Below, one piece after another: positions 13,171 through 27,617 of a DNA stretch of 64,000 nucleotides. The stretch is from NCBI RefSeq assembly GCF_009914755.1, contig NC_060935.1; one strand, written 5' to 3'. Both the position numbers and the translations under genes were made by a program. The notes beneath the pieces were generated by a model, which saw nothing but the letters and a program-made list of their open reading frames with translations, searched no databases and was not told the DNA's origin. Numbering within the stretch: the stretch's first letter is position 1; the number at the start of each line of letters is the position of its first letter. Origin of the DNA: the human T2T-CHM13v2.0 reference genome, Homo sapiens.

Positions 13171-15434
13171 GAGGTCTGTGCTCCTTCCCAGTGCTGTGTA
13201 TTCTACAACTTCTCCAGATCACTTCTGTTCTACAAAATCATCTTCCATAGCATCTTTTCCAGGAAGTCTTTCCTCATGAGCCCGGCCTGCCTCTGATGAC
13301 GCCATTTGATACCAAACACCGTTCCCACGAGCTCAGGTTTCACCCTACCTGGGGCATTTGCTGATACATGGGTGTACAAAAACTTGTATGGGGCCTGGGA
13401 TCCCCTGTGGAGTTAGGCTGGTGCAGTCTCCTTCCTCCTTCCCTGATGCCAGGGCATATATGGCTCTGCCCTTCACAGTTTCTACGGCAGCAGGCAGAGG
13501 GTAGGGTTGCAGAGTGGTTAGAGACACGGATTCTGGGGCCAGACTGCCTAGGTTTAAAGCCCAGCTCCTCAGTGGCTAACTGCGGGACTTTGGGAAACTC
13601 TCTTCATGTCTTCATGTCCCTGTGTTGGGAATGATAGTAAGAGTAATAATACCTACCTCCAGGGCTGGAGGTGAGGATTCAATGTTATAAAGTATGTTGA
13701 ACACTGCCTGGCACTTAGGGAGTGATATTGTTAGTCTTAGCTGTTTTTAAAATCTCCTGAGTCACTTTGTAATTTCCAAACATCATATAAATGTAAAGAA
13801 TTCTTACTGTTGTTAGGCTCCTGGGACTCAATTTCCCCATTTGAGAGTTGGGGAGAATGATCTTTGAGGTTCCATCAGGTTCCAAAGGTCTGTAATTCTT
13901 GGATAGGTAGTTAGACCTCTTGCTTGGGGTTTGCATGAGTTGAACTACAGGGACAAAAGAATAGGGCGTGGAATAGGACACCCATGAGCCCAGGCTTTGG
14001 AAGGGAGAATTTGACCTCTGGGAGGTAACAGCAGAAAACAAGAGGAGGCAGAGTGTTTCAGAGGGAGAGCCTTCCCAGTCAGGGAACTTTGGGTACTGTC
14101 CTTATCCCAGAGCCTGCAGGAAGGCCAACACCAGCCAGCTGGGGGCTCCAATTCCCATTGGGGCTTGGGTGTGTCTTCAGAAAGAGTATCATGTGAGAGA
14201 CCTATGGTTTTCATTGATCAAGCCCCCAGATCTTCCTAGGGTGAACAGATACTTCTGTGGAGGAAATCCTGGAGACGGACAGCCCCAGTCTTTCTTGGGG
14301 GGGGTCTGTCCTCGCCACCCCATACTCCTTAAGTGGGCTGTCGGAGGAGACATGGGGAGCCTGCTCCTACCGTGGTTTTCCCTGGAGCCCCTTCTCTGCT
14401 CCCCTCTCGTGGGGGCTTGGATTGTTTATTTCATTAGCAGGGGAGCTCCTTCGCTTCTCTGCAGGGAGGGCAGAGTGGGTCACTCTCACAGTGAGGGATG
14501 AGACCATGCCCACCCCAATCCCCCCACTCCCACTGCAGCTGCCACACACCACGCTTCTCTGGAAGCTGCCCTTGGCCACTATCACCCCAGGCACCTGGGC
14601 TCAGGATCAATTGCAGTAGATCATGGAGATGGAGTGGGGTGCGGTGATTCATCACTGTCAGGGCTGTCTAAGAGCTCTGGGGCGGACCTGCTACCTGGCC
14701 CTGCTGCTTTGTCTTCAGGAGCAACTTGGGAGAGGCCACTAGGCGCCCATCTTCCATTTGCCAGGCCCTTTGTTCCACATGCAGAGAGGGGTCATGGAAT
14801 CAGAGAGGCAAAGGGCCTTGCTCAAGGTCACCTGGTGAGAAGTGGCAGAGCTGGTTGCAGAGCCCAGCCCCCTGCCTCCTAGTCCAGGCCTCTCGCCAGC
14901 ATATTACCTCCCTCCCGCCGGCTGCCATCCAGCCCTGACTGCCTGCCCTTCTCTTCCAACCCATTATAGTCAACAGGGAAAATCCCATTTGGTGTGCCTT
15001 GCTGTCCCCTGTCCTTCTTGTCATTAACGCCCCAGGAAATTTCCATTGCTTCGGGTCAATTGTGGGGACCAGAGGAAGGTTTTCCAGCGAACCCCACCCG
15101 GTGTGGTCACCATGACACCTCGAGGCCTCATGCCAATCACTCTGTTGTGCCCCACGACTCCTGTTTCCTGATGGCTGGCTTGTCCTTCCTATTCTTCTGG
15201 GAATCCCCCAGAGCACATCTCCTCCCCCTCCTCCTCTGACTCCACCCATCCTGTCCCAGCCTCTCCAGTGCCTCCCAGGCCACCGGAACAGGGATTTCTT
15301 CTAGGAGGGCCCCCACCTGGCAGACCAGATACACACCAACCCTTCCTCTTGAGCTCCAGGGAATGTATGACAATAGGCCTTCAAACATTCTTTTTTAAAA
15401 GCCTTGGAAACTTTCAAAATCCTACATCTCTGAT

Positions 15435-16086
15435 AGTCATATGAAAAAGTGCTCAACATCCTTAGTCATGGGGAAATGCAAACTGAATCATAATAACATA
15501 CCACTATGCCCTTGCCAGAAAGACTAAAAGATAAAAGGACGGATGGCACCAAGAGTGGGCGAGAAGCAGAGCCATGGGAACTCTCATACGCTGTTGGTGG
15601 GAGCGACATTGGCACAACCACTCTGGAACACTGATTGTATCTACTAACCCTAGTTCCACTCCCAGCAGAAATGAGGGTGATGGACCCCAAAGTTACATAC
15701 AAGAATGTTTGTAGCAACTTTAATTGTCCCAGCCTGGAGACTGCTCACATCCCCACTGATGGTACAAGAGAGAGGCACACTGTGGCCTTTTCACACTTTG
15801 GGATAATAATACACAGCAATGGACAACAGACCTCATGGGTGAGGCTCACAGACATCATGTTGACTGAAAGAGCTGCAAAAATAGTATACTCGATTGTATT
15901 CTATGAATAGAATAGACTAGGTATGACTCCATTTCTGTGAAGTTCCAGAATGGGGGTCATGCCTGGGAGGGCACATGAATGACTCACAGTCTTGATCCGG
16001 GGGTGGTGACATGGGTGTGTACAAATGGAACTGAAGCCCTAAGATCTACGCACTTCACAGTTGTTACCGTATTCCTCAATAAAAAA
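15435..16086 (+). mobile_element. Old L1 (L1M-type) 3' fragment
   Basis: ATATGAAAAAGTGCTCAACATCCTTAGTCATGGGGAAATGCAAA...GGAACTCTCATACGCTGTTGGTGGGAG... ending CTCAATAAAAAA. Confidence 0.8.
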
Positions 16087-17112
16087 GCTTGAAAATGAAA
16101 AATAACAAAGTACCAAAACCTTACACAGGATCCCGGCAAGTAAAAATGATCACGGTTGAGACCTATCCTCTCGCTTCCTATGTCAGGTGGCTCCCGGGGC
16201 ATTTCTGTGGATTAAACTGTAGAAGGCACTGGAAGCCTTTGCTCCGGGGTGAATGTGGCCTCACATTCCTGCAGCTGGCCTCAGTGTCCCCTGCAGGAGG
16301 GTGGCCCGGCGCGGGGATCCCAACCCAGCCCTGCCCTGAGGGACACATCCCCGTTCCTCCAGACCCGCGCCCCTCCAACAGGCTGGTGGGTCGTGGTGCG
16401 AGACGACGTCAATCAGAGAGAAAATAAAGGAGTGGTGCGCACCACGTAGCCAGGAAGGCACAGAGCTGGGATCCTACCTGGAACTTGGCAAGTGTCTTAC
16501 TTCTTGATGTTGTTTCCATGACGAGTTCTGTTTCCCTGCTTAGGGCAGATACCCAGTGGTGAAAATAACAATAAGTAAGAATACTATCCTAGTTCAACGC
16601 AGCTGAGCGCTCAGTCTGTTCTAGGTGTTCTGTTGAGTGCTTTACAAGGAGTCAATTCTCCTTTAATCCTTACAGCCGTCGGTGGCAAGTATCCCTATTA
16701 CCTGTTTTACAAATACTCCATATATGAACTATCTTTATTCATCCCAGCAGTCTACTCACGTAGATTGAGAAATAAAATTCAGGGAAGGCAGGCACCTTGC
16801 TGAAGGTCTGCAGAGCTGATAGGTGGTGGAACAAGGGATTGATCAAGGTCAGTTTGACTCTAAAGCCCTGTCTCTTTCCTTTCACCAGGTTTTCTATAAA
16901 TGTCTGCTGTGGACTGAACTGATGGAATAAGCATCCAAAAGGAATGCCACCGGCTGAAATGCTGACCCTCATCACCAAGATAAAACATTGCAGGGATGCA
17001 TGAAAATTACATTTGGGGAGTAAATAGGCAGCCCAAGTACAGAGTGAAGAAGACCTGCTTAGAGGTGGCACACATGAAAACAACTCAAAGGTTTACTTGC
17101 CCATCTGAATAT

Positions 17113-17172
17113 TCATCCATCCATCCATCCATCCATCCATCCATCCATCCATCCATCCATCCAACCATCCAA
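17113..17172. repeat. (CCAT)n tetranucleotide microsatellite
   Basis: Run of ATCC units with a degenerate right end. Confidence 0.93.
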
Positions 17173-17371
17173 CCCCCTCTTGCCCTCAGAAGTTTAACCA
17201 CCAGGATTGAGCCCCTCTGTGTCCCATGCCAACCTCCTAAGGTCAGATGGGTTGGCTGTGCCCACTGTGTAAGAGGGGGTAGGCCAGGTTCAGGGAGGAC
17301 ACACAGACAATTCCTCACCCCTCCACCCCCATTCCCTGCTGGTCAGACCAGTTCCAGGGATCAGTATTTAA

Positions 17372-18095
<724 letters not shown>

Positions 18096-18499
18096 TAAAA
18101 GAGCAATTTTAGGCTCACAATCAGATTGAGTGGAAGGTACAGACAGTCTATGGGAAATAGACTCCCTACCTCCACATAGGTATGGCCTCTCCCACTATTA
18201 AAAATCCCGTACTAAAAATAAAAAACATTCTACACCAGAGGCGTCCATTTGTGGTAGTTGGTGAACACACACTGACACACTGCGACTGGTCTGTAGGTAA
18301 GTGGGGTTGTTTGATGTTGGTGTGAGGGCTTGCTCTGAGCTGGCCATTGTGACAATGCTTTCCCACAGCTACTGATCAATGGAGTCAAGACTTGAAACCA
18401 GGTTTGCCCGACTCTGAAGCCCAGGCTCCTAACAGCTGTGTTGCTAAGTGGCCTGATGACGATAGCATAGGTTTAAATATCTGAAAAAGTGGTTTGGTG

Positions 18500-18745
18500 A
18501 GGAGTAGCCATCTTCCAATATTTGAAGGACTATCCCAAGAAGGCTAGATGGAGTTATTCTGTGTAGCTTCCCAGGGAAATACCTAGACCAGTGGGTGAAG
18601 CGTAGGGGAGGGAAATTTTGTCCGCATAGAAGGGTAGCCCTGTGGCATCAGGGCTTACTTTGAGAGGTAATGAATTGCCCAGCACCAGAGGCTGGGCACA
18701 TTTGAAGGAAAACCCCTGTCTTGGGGAAGGTTGGGCTTCACCACC
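18500..18745 (+). mobile_element. L3/CR1-like fragment
   Basis: CATCTTCCAATATTTGAAGGACT...TTATTCTGTGTAGC...GAGGTAATGAATTGCCC resembles the CR1 3' region. Confidence 0.5.
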
Positions 18746-18756
18746 TGAAAGGTCTC

Positions 18757-19061
<305 letters not shown>

Positions 19062-19176
19062 AAAAGGCCTCTTTTGACTCTCATTTTGATCAGTTCAATT
19101 TGGTTCAGCCTCTGTTGAGCACCCACTCTGTGCTAGCTCTGGGCTGGGTACTGGGGATGAGTAACACACGATCCCA

Positions 19177-19290
19177 GTGCTTGCTTCGGCAGCACATGTA
19201 CTAAAATTGCAACGATACAGAGACGATTAGCATGGCCCTGTGCAAAGATGACATGCAAATTTGTGAAGCATCACATTAAAAAAGAAAAAG
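19177..19290 (+). pseudogene. U6 snRNA processed pseudogene (retrocopy)
   Basis: GTGCTTGCTTCGGCAGCACATGTACTAAAATTGCAACGATACAGAGACGATTAGCATGGCCC... is near-full-length U6 with multiple substitutions, an A-rich tail and an imperfect TSD (AACACACGATCCCA / AAGACAAGATCCCA). Confidence 0.93.
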
Positions 19291-20199
19291 ACAAGATCCC
19301 AGTCCTCAAGGGGCTGCCAGCCTAGGTTGGAAGGCAGCTTGTGCCGTTCTGTTACTTGCTGTCCCTTTTTGCCCTGGATGCCGTGGGGGCTTTCAGGGAT
19401 GAGGGTCCCAGGAGTGTTGCAAAATGAAAAGAAGCTGGCTACTGAGGGGATGGTGGGTGTGAGCAGGAGGTCAGGCTGGGGGACCCTGGCCAGCTAGTCT
19501 CTGGGTCAGTCATCCCCAAGGAGGTCTTTACTCACTGTGGAATGGAAGAGGCCTTCGTTAGGGATCTTCAGGCCCGTACTCAGGCAGAGAGCGGAGGACT
19601 CAAAGAGCACAGGCCCTGCCACCCTCCCCTTCCGCCTCTCCCCGAGGGTCCTCCCTCATCTGCCTAACGGGGATATAGGGGAACTGCCACCTTCCTTCAT
19701 GAAGCACATTCACTTCTCCTAGGTTGACAGCAACATGGAGCCAGGAGCTCCACTCAGAGAGGGCTATGGGACCTCCAGCCTGGGCTCTTTCATAATCCCT
19801 CTTCCCCTTCTGACAGGTGCCCAGGGAACAAGCGCCTATAGGTGGTCTAAACCCCAAAAACCTGCTTCACGAGGATTACGGGTGTGGCTCCATCCTGCCC
19901 CCTACTTGCCTCAGGTGGTGACCTCCATTGCAGTCACTGTCATCCGGGATCCCAAGTCTCACAGGTGACGATGATGATGAATATGAAAGTGATGGATGAC
20001 AACAATAAATAGCATTGTTCGGCACTCAAACCCTATGTGTGTTAACTCATGGAATAACCCAACTTCCCACCCCTTCAGTCCTATTTTCCTGTCTCAAGAC
20101 CCACCTCTTCCTCATGACTGACACCTGGGGCGGCCTCTTCCTCCACGCTGGCTGTCTATTGGAATCTCCTGGGTAGCTTATTAAAAATACGCCTGTTAG

Positions 20200-20813
<614 letters not shown>

Positions 20814-22584
20814 CTAGGCCCCAATCCCAATCCCAGAGGCTCTGAACCTATTGGCGTGGGGCAGGGCCTGATTTTTAAAAATCCCCAGATGATTCTGGAG
20901 TGTAGCCTGGGTTAAGTTCTCTGCGCTCAATGGGGCCTGTGATGTATGTTGATGATGCCCTGCGGCTGGTTCTCAAGCCGAGCGGCCAGCCATGTGCTTT
21001 TCTCCATGGAGCTCAAGATGAGCTTGGATGCAGAGTTGCCAGAGGGGCCAGCATAGATGAGGCCCCAGCTCCTGGAGTGTGTATGTGCTGTGTGTGTGCT
21101 GTGGGAGGTATGCTTGGCAGAAGGGAGGCTGGGGTGAGGACATTGACTGCAGCGCCTCATCTGGGAGTAGTTCTGGGGATGGGGAGTGGAACCGCAGTCC
21201 CCCATAGAGCAGGACTTGGCCTGGCTCTGCCATCAAGCCGGTAAACCCGGGGAGAGAATAGAGTCTGGGGTCCAAGAAGCCAACAACTAGGTAGAACCCA
21301 AGGACTGCTCTGCATCGTGCTGCTCGGCATAGTGTCTAGAGGATGTGGGGGCAGAGCCTCCAGCTGTGGGCACCGGTACAGAGGTGGTTTCAGAAGCAGG
21401 TCTAGCTGGCACTCCCCTCAAGCATTCAGAGGGCTTTCCTCCTCCAACTTTCCCACCCAATCCATGTCCTTCTCATTCTTCAAACCACGTCAGATAGCAC
21501 CTTTTCCAGGAAGTCTTCCCCGATGAGCCCCATCTGACTCCGACAACTCCACTTAACACCAAATATGGATCCTGCAAACTCAGTTTATATCCCACTGGGG
21601 GTTCTTGCTACTTTGTAAGGGAACAGAAGTTTGTACCAGATCTAGCATCCCCCCAGGAGTCAGGCCGGTGCCACCCCTTTCCCTGGGTTCCTCCCCTCCT
21701 GCTGCTCTCAGGATGTGGCTGTGCTCTTGAGCGTGATTGGCGCATTCGTGGGCCAAATCATAGTTTCCTCTCTAGATTTTCGTTCTCCATGTGCAGAATG
21801 AGTGTGTTGGGGTAGGATGATCTCTTTTAGAACAACGACTGTAAGATGGTAAATTCTCAAGGCTGCCCGAAATACTCTTAACAGATCTCTGTCTGGAGAA
21901 CTCCTGCACATCCTTCAAGGCCCAGGTGAAATGTCGCTTCAGATCCTCCCAAACACAATGACCCACTCCCGTCCTGTGCTACCCCAGCGCTTTACACACA
22001 GCTCTGCGACAGCCTGTGGCCATTTTGGAATTGGGGATACCCAGCGTTCGGAATTCCTTAGAGCTGGGATGCTGGGTGTGGCTGTCACAGCATTGCAGTG
22101 CCAGAGTGGCCAAAAATGTGTTGTAAGTGAATAAATGAATTCCTCAATTCATCAAGTTTATCTCCTTAACCATCTGCAACCAGGAGTGGGTAGGATTGGG
22201 AACGGAGAGAAAGGCCTCCACGGTCTCCAGAGAGGAGCTTAGTCCTGGGCCCACCAGCCAAGATAGGGATATGGTGGGCACATCCCAGGGGGGAACTTAG
22301 ACACTCAGACAGGTGCTGCTTCCAGGCCTTTGGTCCTCTGCTCTGCTGAGGGTGGTGCTGGAGGGATGGAGGCAAGGGTTGTGGTTTGGGCAGAAGGAGC
22401 CACAGCCTGGCAGATAGTTCTTCCAAGGCCCAACTGGACTAGAAGACTAAGAGTATGCCCTTGGACTCCCAGTATCCTTTGGGCCGGGATGTCTGTAAGG
22501 GGACATCCTGGCACCAAGGCCTGGGGAAAGGACTGAGTCTGGCTTCTCCAGCCCAAAGCTCTGTCCAGAGGGGTTGTGCCTGAG

Positions 22585-22830
22585 ACTAATTGGCTTGCCC
22601 TCCTTCCGCTGCTGGAGAAAGTCTTGGCTAATTTGCCGGAACGCTCTAGTTAAATGCCAATTAGGACGTTCTGTCCACTGCTCTCTTCCAATGTATTAAT
22701 AATGTAATTACGCATTTATTGCCTGCACAAATTAAAAATTAACTTAAACGGACAGCCTGGAAAACTGAGGAAGTGACCGCTTAAACAACCAATTTGCATC
22801 TCATTCGAATATCAACATCTAAACACAGCC
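22585..22830. promoter_or_regulatory. Candidate enhancer (homeodomain/octamer/ETS motif cluster)
   Basis: Non-repetitive AT-rich island with multiple TAAT/ATTA cores, GAGGAAGT (22767-22774) and ATTTGCAT (22792-22799). Confidence 0.4.
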
Positions 22831-23854
22831 CCTTCTAGGATGCTGGGTTTGGCCTTCCAGCGGGGGCTCAGCCAGCTGCCAACAGCTGCTGGCTTCTCCT
22901 TCTGCACGCCTACTTCTGCCCGTCCAGCCCCAATCCTGGGTGTGGAGGATGTGGCCTTGCCCACAATGGGCAGGAGGGTTTTCTGCTAAGCAGCCATCTT
23001 GGCTCTATCATTTTACCCCCTCCCTTTCCCAGGGGTCGTTGGTGTGGATTTCAGTGAAAGGAGATGCTACTGGGTGCGGGGGGTGACGGAGGGATGGCTG
23101 GGATGGGGCAGTCTCTGAAGCCCCTGCCACTCCCACCCCCAGGATCGATTTGTCCTGCATTCCAGCCCAGGAGATGGGAAGCAGATGGTGCTGGTGGGGA
23201 GAGCGGGGAGGTAACCGAGGAACAAGAAGACCTTCTCTCCAAACAACCAGCCCCCTGGAGAAAAATGGGGGGGTACAGGAGGGGTGGGTCACAGGGAGAG
23301 CTTGCAGGGGATGGGGCGGGGCAGTAGCTTCGAAATAGAAGATGAAAGGATAAAGCTCTCAGCTCTTCTCCGTCCCCAGGGACCTAACACGGCAGGCGTG
23401 ACACTGCTGGTTTTCTTCTCCAAACAGCCACAGGAGGGGACGTGGCAGGAACAGGACAGCAGGAGTGGGTGATAGGGGAACTGGAATCTGGGGCAGGAGG
23501 CACCCGTACCCCTAGGAGGGCACCAGCCGGCACAGGGCTTTCCCTCTCTGCTGTGTGCACCCCCAGCCCTCTCAGGCCTTACTTTCTTAAAGGCCTCCCT
23601 CCTGTGTCTGTGGACGCCCACCCCTCCCTCTGCGATGCTGTCGTCAAAGTCCATGGTCTTCTCACTTGCATGGAAGATGGTTCCGGGGCAGCCTGTGAGC
23701 AGTCTCCCTCAGGGCTCCTGCTCCTCTGGAACCCTGGAACCTGGACATGGGGTGGGGGGTCCCTTCCCCTCACTATCCCTCTGTGCCATCCCCTCCAGCT
23801 CCACGCCTTCCCCGCCCCCACTGCCATGGAGCAGGGCAGTGATGGGATGCAAAC

Positions 23855-26800
23855 CAGTTTGTTTTAAACACTTTATTTATAAAAAAGTACATTTTTAATC
23901 CTCAGTACATTTTCAACCCATCATTTTTTTTTAATACAAGTAAAAGGGGGTGATGCAAACACCCCCCAGGTCAGAACCAGGAGGATCTGCTGGGCTGTCC
24001 CTGGACCAAAGGCGGAAAGGGCGACAAGACGCCGAAGCAAGGTAGCGCATCACGCTGGGAGGGGAGGGTGGCAGCTTCTCCTGGATTCTTTTCATTTATA
24101 CAAAAAAGGAAAACCAATTTTTTCGACCAAGAATCCCATTCCTCACAGCAGGGGTCAGAAGAGCAGCAGCACCGAGTGGGACAGGGGCTCCTCCTGGCCT
24201 CACAAGCTGGGCAGTGTTGGCAGCAGTGGCAGCAGCAGAGGGGCCTGCCTCCTGGCATCCCCGGTACTGGGCAGTGTGTGAAGCCTCCCTGTGGGTGTGG
24301 GGACCTGGGGCACACCCACCTGCCCCTCACTAGGAGAGGGTTTCTGTTGGCAGTCAGGCTTTGGGGGTCTCTGTCTGGACTCCTGAGGCCTGGGAGCACT
24401 ACCCTCCTCCCAGAAGAGGGGACATCCGTGTCTGCTTGGCTCAGCAGAGCTGCCCACACCCACCTAACACAATTCCCAATTTCTCTGCTCTGAGGAAGGC
24501 AGAAAAGTTATTGCACCAGTGACTTGGGCAAGTGGGGGTTGGCTGGCAGAGGAAGCGCATGCCCAGGAAACAGGGCCCCTATAAGGCTCTCTTGCAGCCC
24601 GGGCACTGGGAAATTCGTTTCTCCTTAATGGCTTTCAGCAGGATCAGACCATTCCCTCTGCCACATCTGTGCTGAGTGGCCATCTGGCTGTGCATGCATG
24701 CGTGTGTACATGCGTGTACACATGCCTGCGCGTGGGTGTGTTGGAGGTGTGAGTGTGTCCACTGTGGGCACACGTACTGGGTCTGAGGTGGTCGCACTTG
24801 CAGGCCTGTGTTCACCTACTCTGTGCTGCTGCTTTTCAGACCCTTCTGATAAAAGGGGACTCGGCTGGTTCTATTACACATTAGAACAATATCAAAATCT
24901 GTAAGGAAACAGGGGCATGGGTGTGGGGTGGGGGGCAAGGACAGGGAGGGCAACAAGAGGCAGGATGACAACTGGGGAGGCCTTGGCACAATTCATACCA
25001 AGTTTATTTCATTTCCAGCAAAGCAGAAGCTCAGCTCATGCTGTGGGCATGAAGGAGAAGCAAAATGTCCTCATCTCTCTGCTGGGCTAGACCTCCCTTT
25101 TGCCAGCTGGCTGTGTCTGTGGGCCCAGCAGTAGTGCCCACCTTCCCACAAACTTGGGGCACAGAAAACCTCACATCCCTAGGTCCAAGTGCTGACTCCT
25201 GCCTCATGCCCACCCTCAGCCCAGGCTGGCAGCTGCTCGGTGGGTATGCTGAGGCTGGGCCCCTGGCAAGTCAGGAGCCTCCTACGTGGCCCATGCTACA
25301 TGGACCCCAAAATTTGTGCTTTGCTTGTGGGGAGGGTGTGGAGGTGTCTTAAGGGGGAACTCAGTGCTTTGGCTGGGCTTGGGGCCTTCAAAGTCCAACA
25401 CAGAATGGGGAATAGAGGGTGGCAGTGCAGGATAAAGGAGATGCAGGAGGAGACAGGGACAGGAAATGCCTCTATCAGGCAGGCCCCTGGGATTGCCTCC
25501 TGCCTGGGGGAAAAGGGGACCAAGCAGAGGGGCCAGAGTGTTGTAAGGTGGGATGGGGCAGTGATGTAATGTGGAAAAGGTCCCCTGTCCTGGGGGACAC
25601 TAATACTGCTGGGAAAAGCAGCCCAGCTCCTCCACCTCCCTCTGCCCTGTGGCTGGAAAGACTCCACAATTTTCTCCCCTAACTTCACCCTATCCAGTAC
25701 CCCAAATGTGTAGAGGGGAGAGCCGCACCAGGGCTGGCATGGCTTCAGACTTCTGCTACGTGGCTACTGGGCAGCCTGGGCTGGGGCCAGGGCAGTGAGG
25801 GCCAGACAACGACGACCCACCTGCTGGGCCCAGGGTTGCCAGGGCAGAAATGGAGCTGGCAGGGGGTTCAATAGCAGCACCAGGGAGGGGAGGGGAGGGG
25901 AGGGGTTGGGGGGCTCCCTTAGGAAGCCTATGGCAGGGTGGGTCAGTGCCCGTGGGGCACAGAGTGGTCTGCCTCCCTCCTCCCCAACACTTGCCATCCT
26001 GCAGAGCCCCTGACACCCTGGGGTGAGTTAACTGGAATCCCAGTGGGCAGGCATGAAGGGCCGCGAAGCCTGCCTCTCCATCCCAGGGTCCTTCCCATGG
26101 GCATGCCTGTCTAGAGTGCCAGGGGATCTGGGAGCAGATGGAGGAACTGAGGCACTTTGAGCTGGGGGACTGAGAGGGCTGGGAGGGGTCTTCCTCCATT
26201 ATATACATGGGAAGACCCAGTCTGGGGTGGCTGATAGGAACTCAATGTCCCATTCAAGAAGGGAATCTGCACTGAAAGGGAGGGCTTCTCCTAGGCCCTC
26301 CCCTCATCCCAGAATGAGGACCAGGGGTGGCTGAGCAGGAGGTGGCCTAGCGGCCCCACCCCCCTCACTTTCTGCCAGGCCCGAGGCTTTGACAATGGCC
26401 TTTGTGTGTGAGGCATTGTATGGACTCCTCAGTCCCTCGGACTGTGTTTGCAGAGCTTCTGCCATGTGGGCTTCCTTCCCCACTACCCTCCGTGTGGATG
26501 CTTCTTTACCTCTGACTCCTGCAGGTGGATCCCCCTGGGATCCCAGCCCTGACTAGCCAAAAGAACCAAGTGTTGCTAGATAAGGGAGAAATCAGAGAAA
26601 CCTCCACGCTGTAAGAAGCAGTTTGGGGCAGGCCTGAGATCCTAGGGTGGAGGCACCGGGGACCCAGTCTCAGCTGTCTCTGGAAGCTTCTATAGGCAGA
26701 CCCCATTCTCAGCTTAAAGGGGGAATGAGGTGGAAATAGACGGGTGGGCCTTGGGCAGTGTCTGGATGGGGCAGGGCATGGGACTCCAGGGGAAAGCAGG

Positions 26801-27617
26801 CAGAGAGGAGCAGTGTGTGCATGTGTGTGTGTGTGCACGTGTCAGCAGAGGCAGAGAGCAAGTGTGGGCTGGAGCCCACCTGGAGCCCCTAATGGAGGGG
26901 GCACATTGGGGATAAAGAGGGGACGCGTCAGAGCTAGGCCAACTCCACTCTCTGTGGGCCAATGAGGAAAAAAAATGTAAAACCACCCTCAGCAGGAAAA
27001 CACTGCCCAAGGCCCCGCTTAACAAACAAGACTCCCTGGGAACTGGGGAGAAGCCGCACCCCTCCCCCTACCTCTTGGGCGCACCAGCTGTCTAGACCCA
27101 AGGTCCAAACTCCCAGCTGCATCAGATTTCACTGGTGGGTGTTGGGTTCCCTCTAGCCGGGAGGAGGAGCAGCATCTGGGGGTGTGGGGAGCTTTTCCCT
27201 CTTAGAGCCCCTTGAGCCCTCCACCCCCAGTGAAGAAACACAAACAAATTCCAGTGTAGGGGGGCGGGGGAGGCTGGCTCCCCAAACCCTGGAGGGATGC
27301 CCAGGTACACAAGACGAGAACAGGGCTCCCTACACAGAGGGCAGGCAGGTGGGGCCCGTAAAGGGAAGATACAGTAACACTAAAGCCACAGTCGAACACA
27401 ACACCATGGGGAAGGGCGGAGGAGAGGGAGGAAATAAAACACAAAGCCAAGTCGTGGCTGCCCTGGGCTCCCCTGGCCCCCCAGGAGTTCGGGGCTGGCT
27501 TTGGGCAGCTGGGCAAGTCTCTGTTCAGCTCCTGGAGTGGGAGGTGGGGGGTGGGCAGGGGGCGTGCGGGGAGGGGCTGGGGAGGAGCGGTCACAGACAG
27601 AGGCTCTGGAAGGGGGG
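23855..27617 (-). other. NECTIN1: Nectin-1 alpha 3'UTR (~3.7 kb; 3' end approximate)
   Basis: Stretch free of recognisable interspersed repeats, running from the stop codon to an AU-rich block with AATAAA. Confidence 0.8.
23872..23877 (-). terminator. Poly(A) signal for the alpha isoform
   Basis: Minus strand ...TTGTATTAAAA...AATGTACTGAGGATTAAAAATGTACTTTTTTATAAATAAAG: AATAAA preceded by three UGUA (CFIm-type) motifs and a U-rich stretch. Confidence 0.85.

Noticed and set aside
21495-21815. Open plus-strand frame through the second copy of the 178-bp duplicate
   Set aside because: The other copy has a stop in the same frame and most differences are non-synonymous, so a coding role is unsupported.
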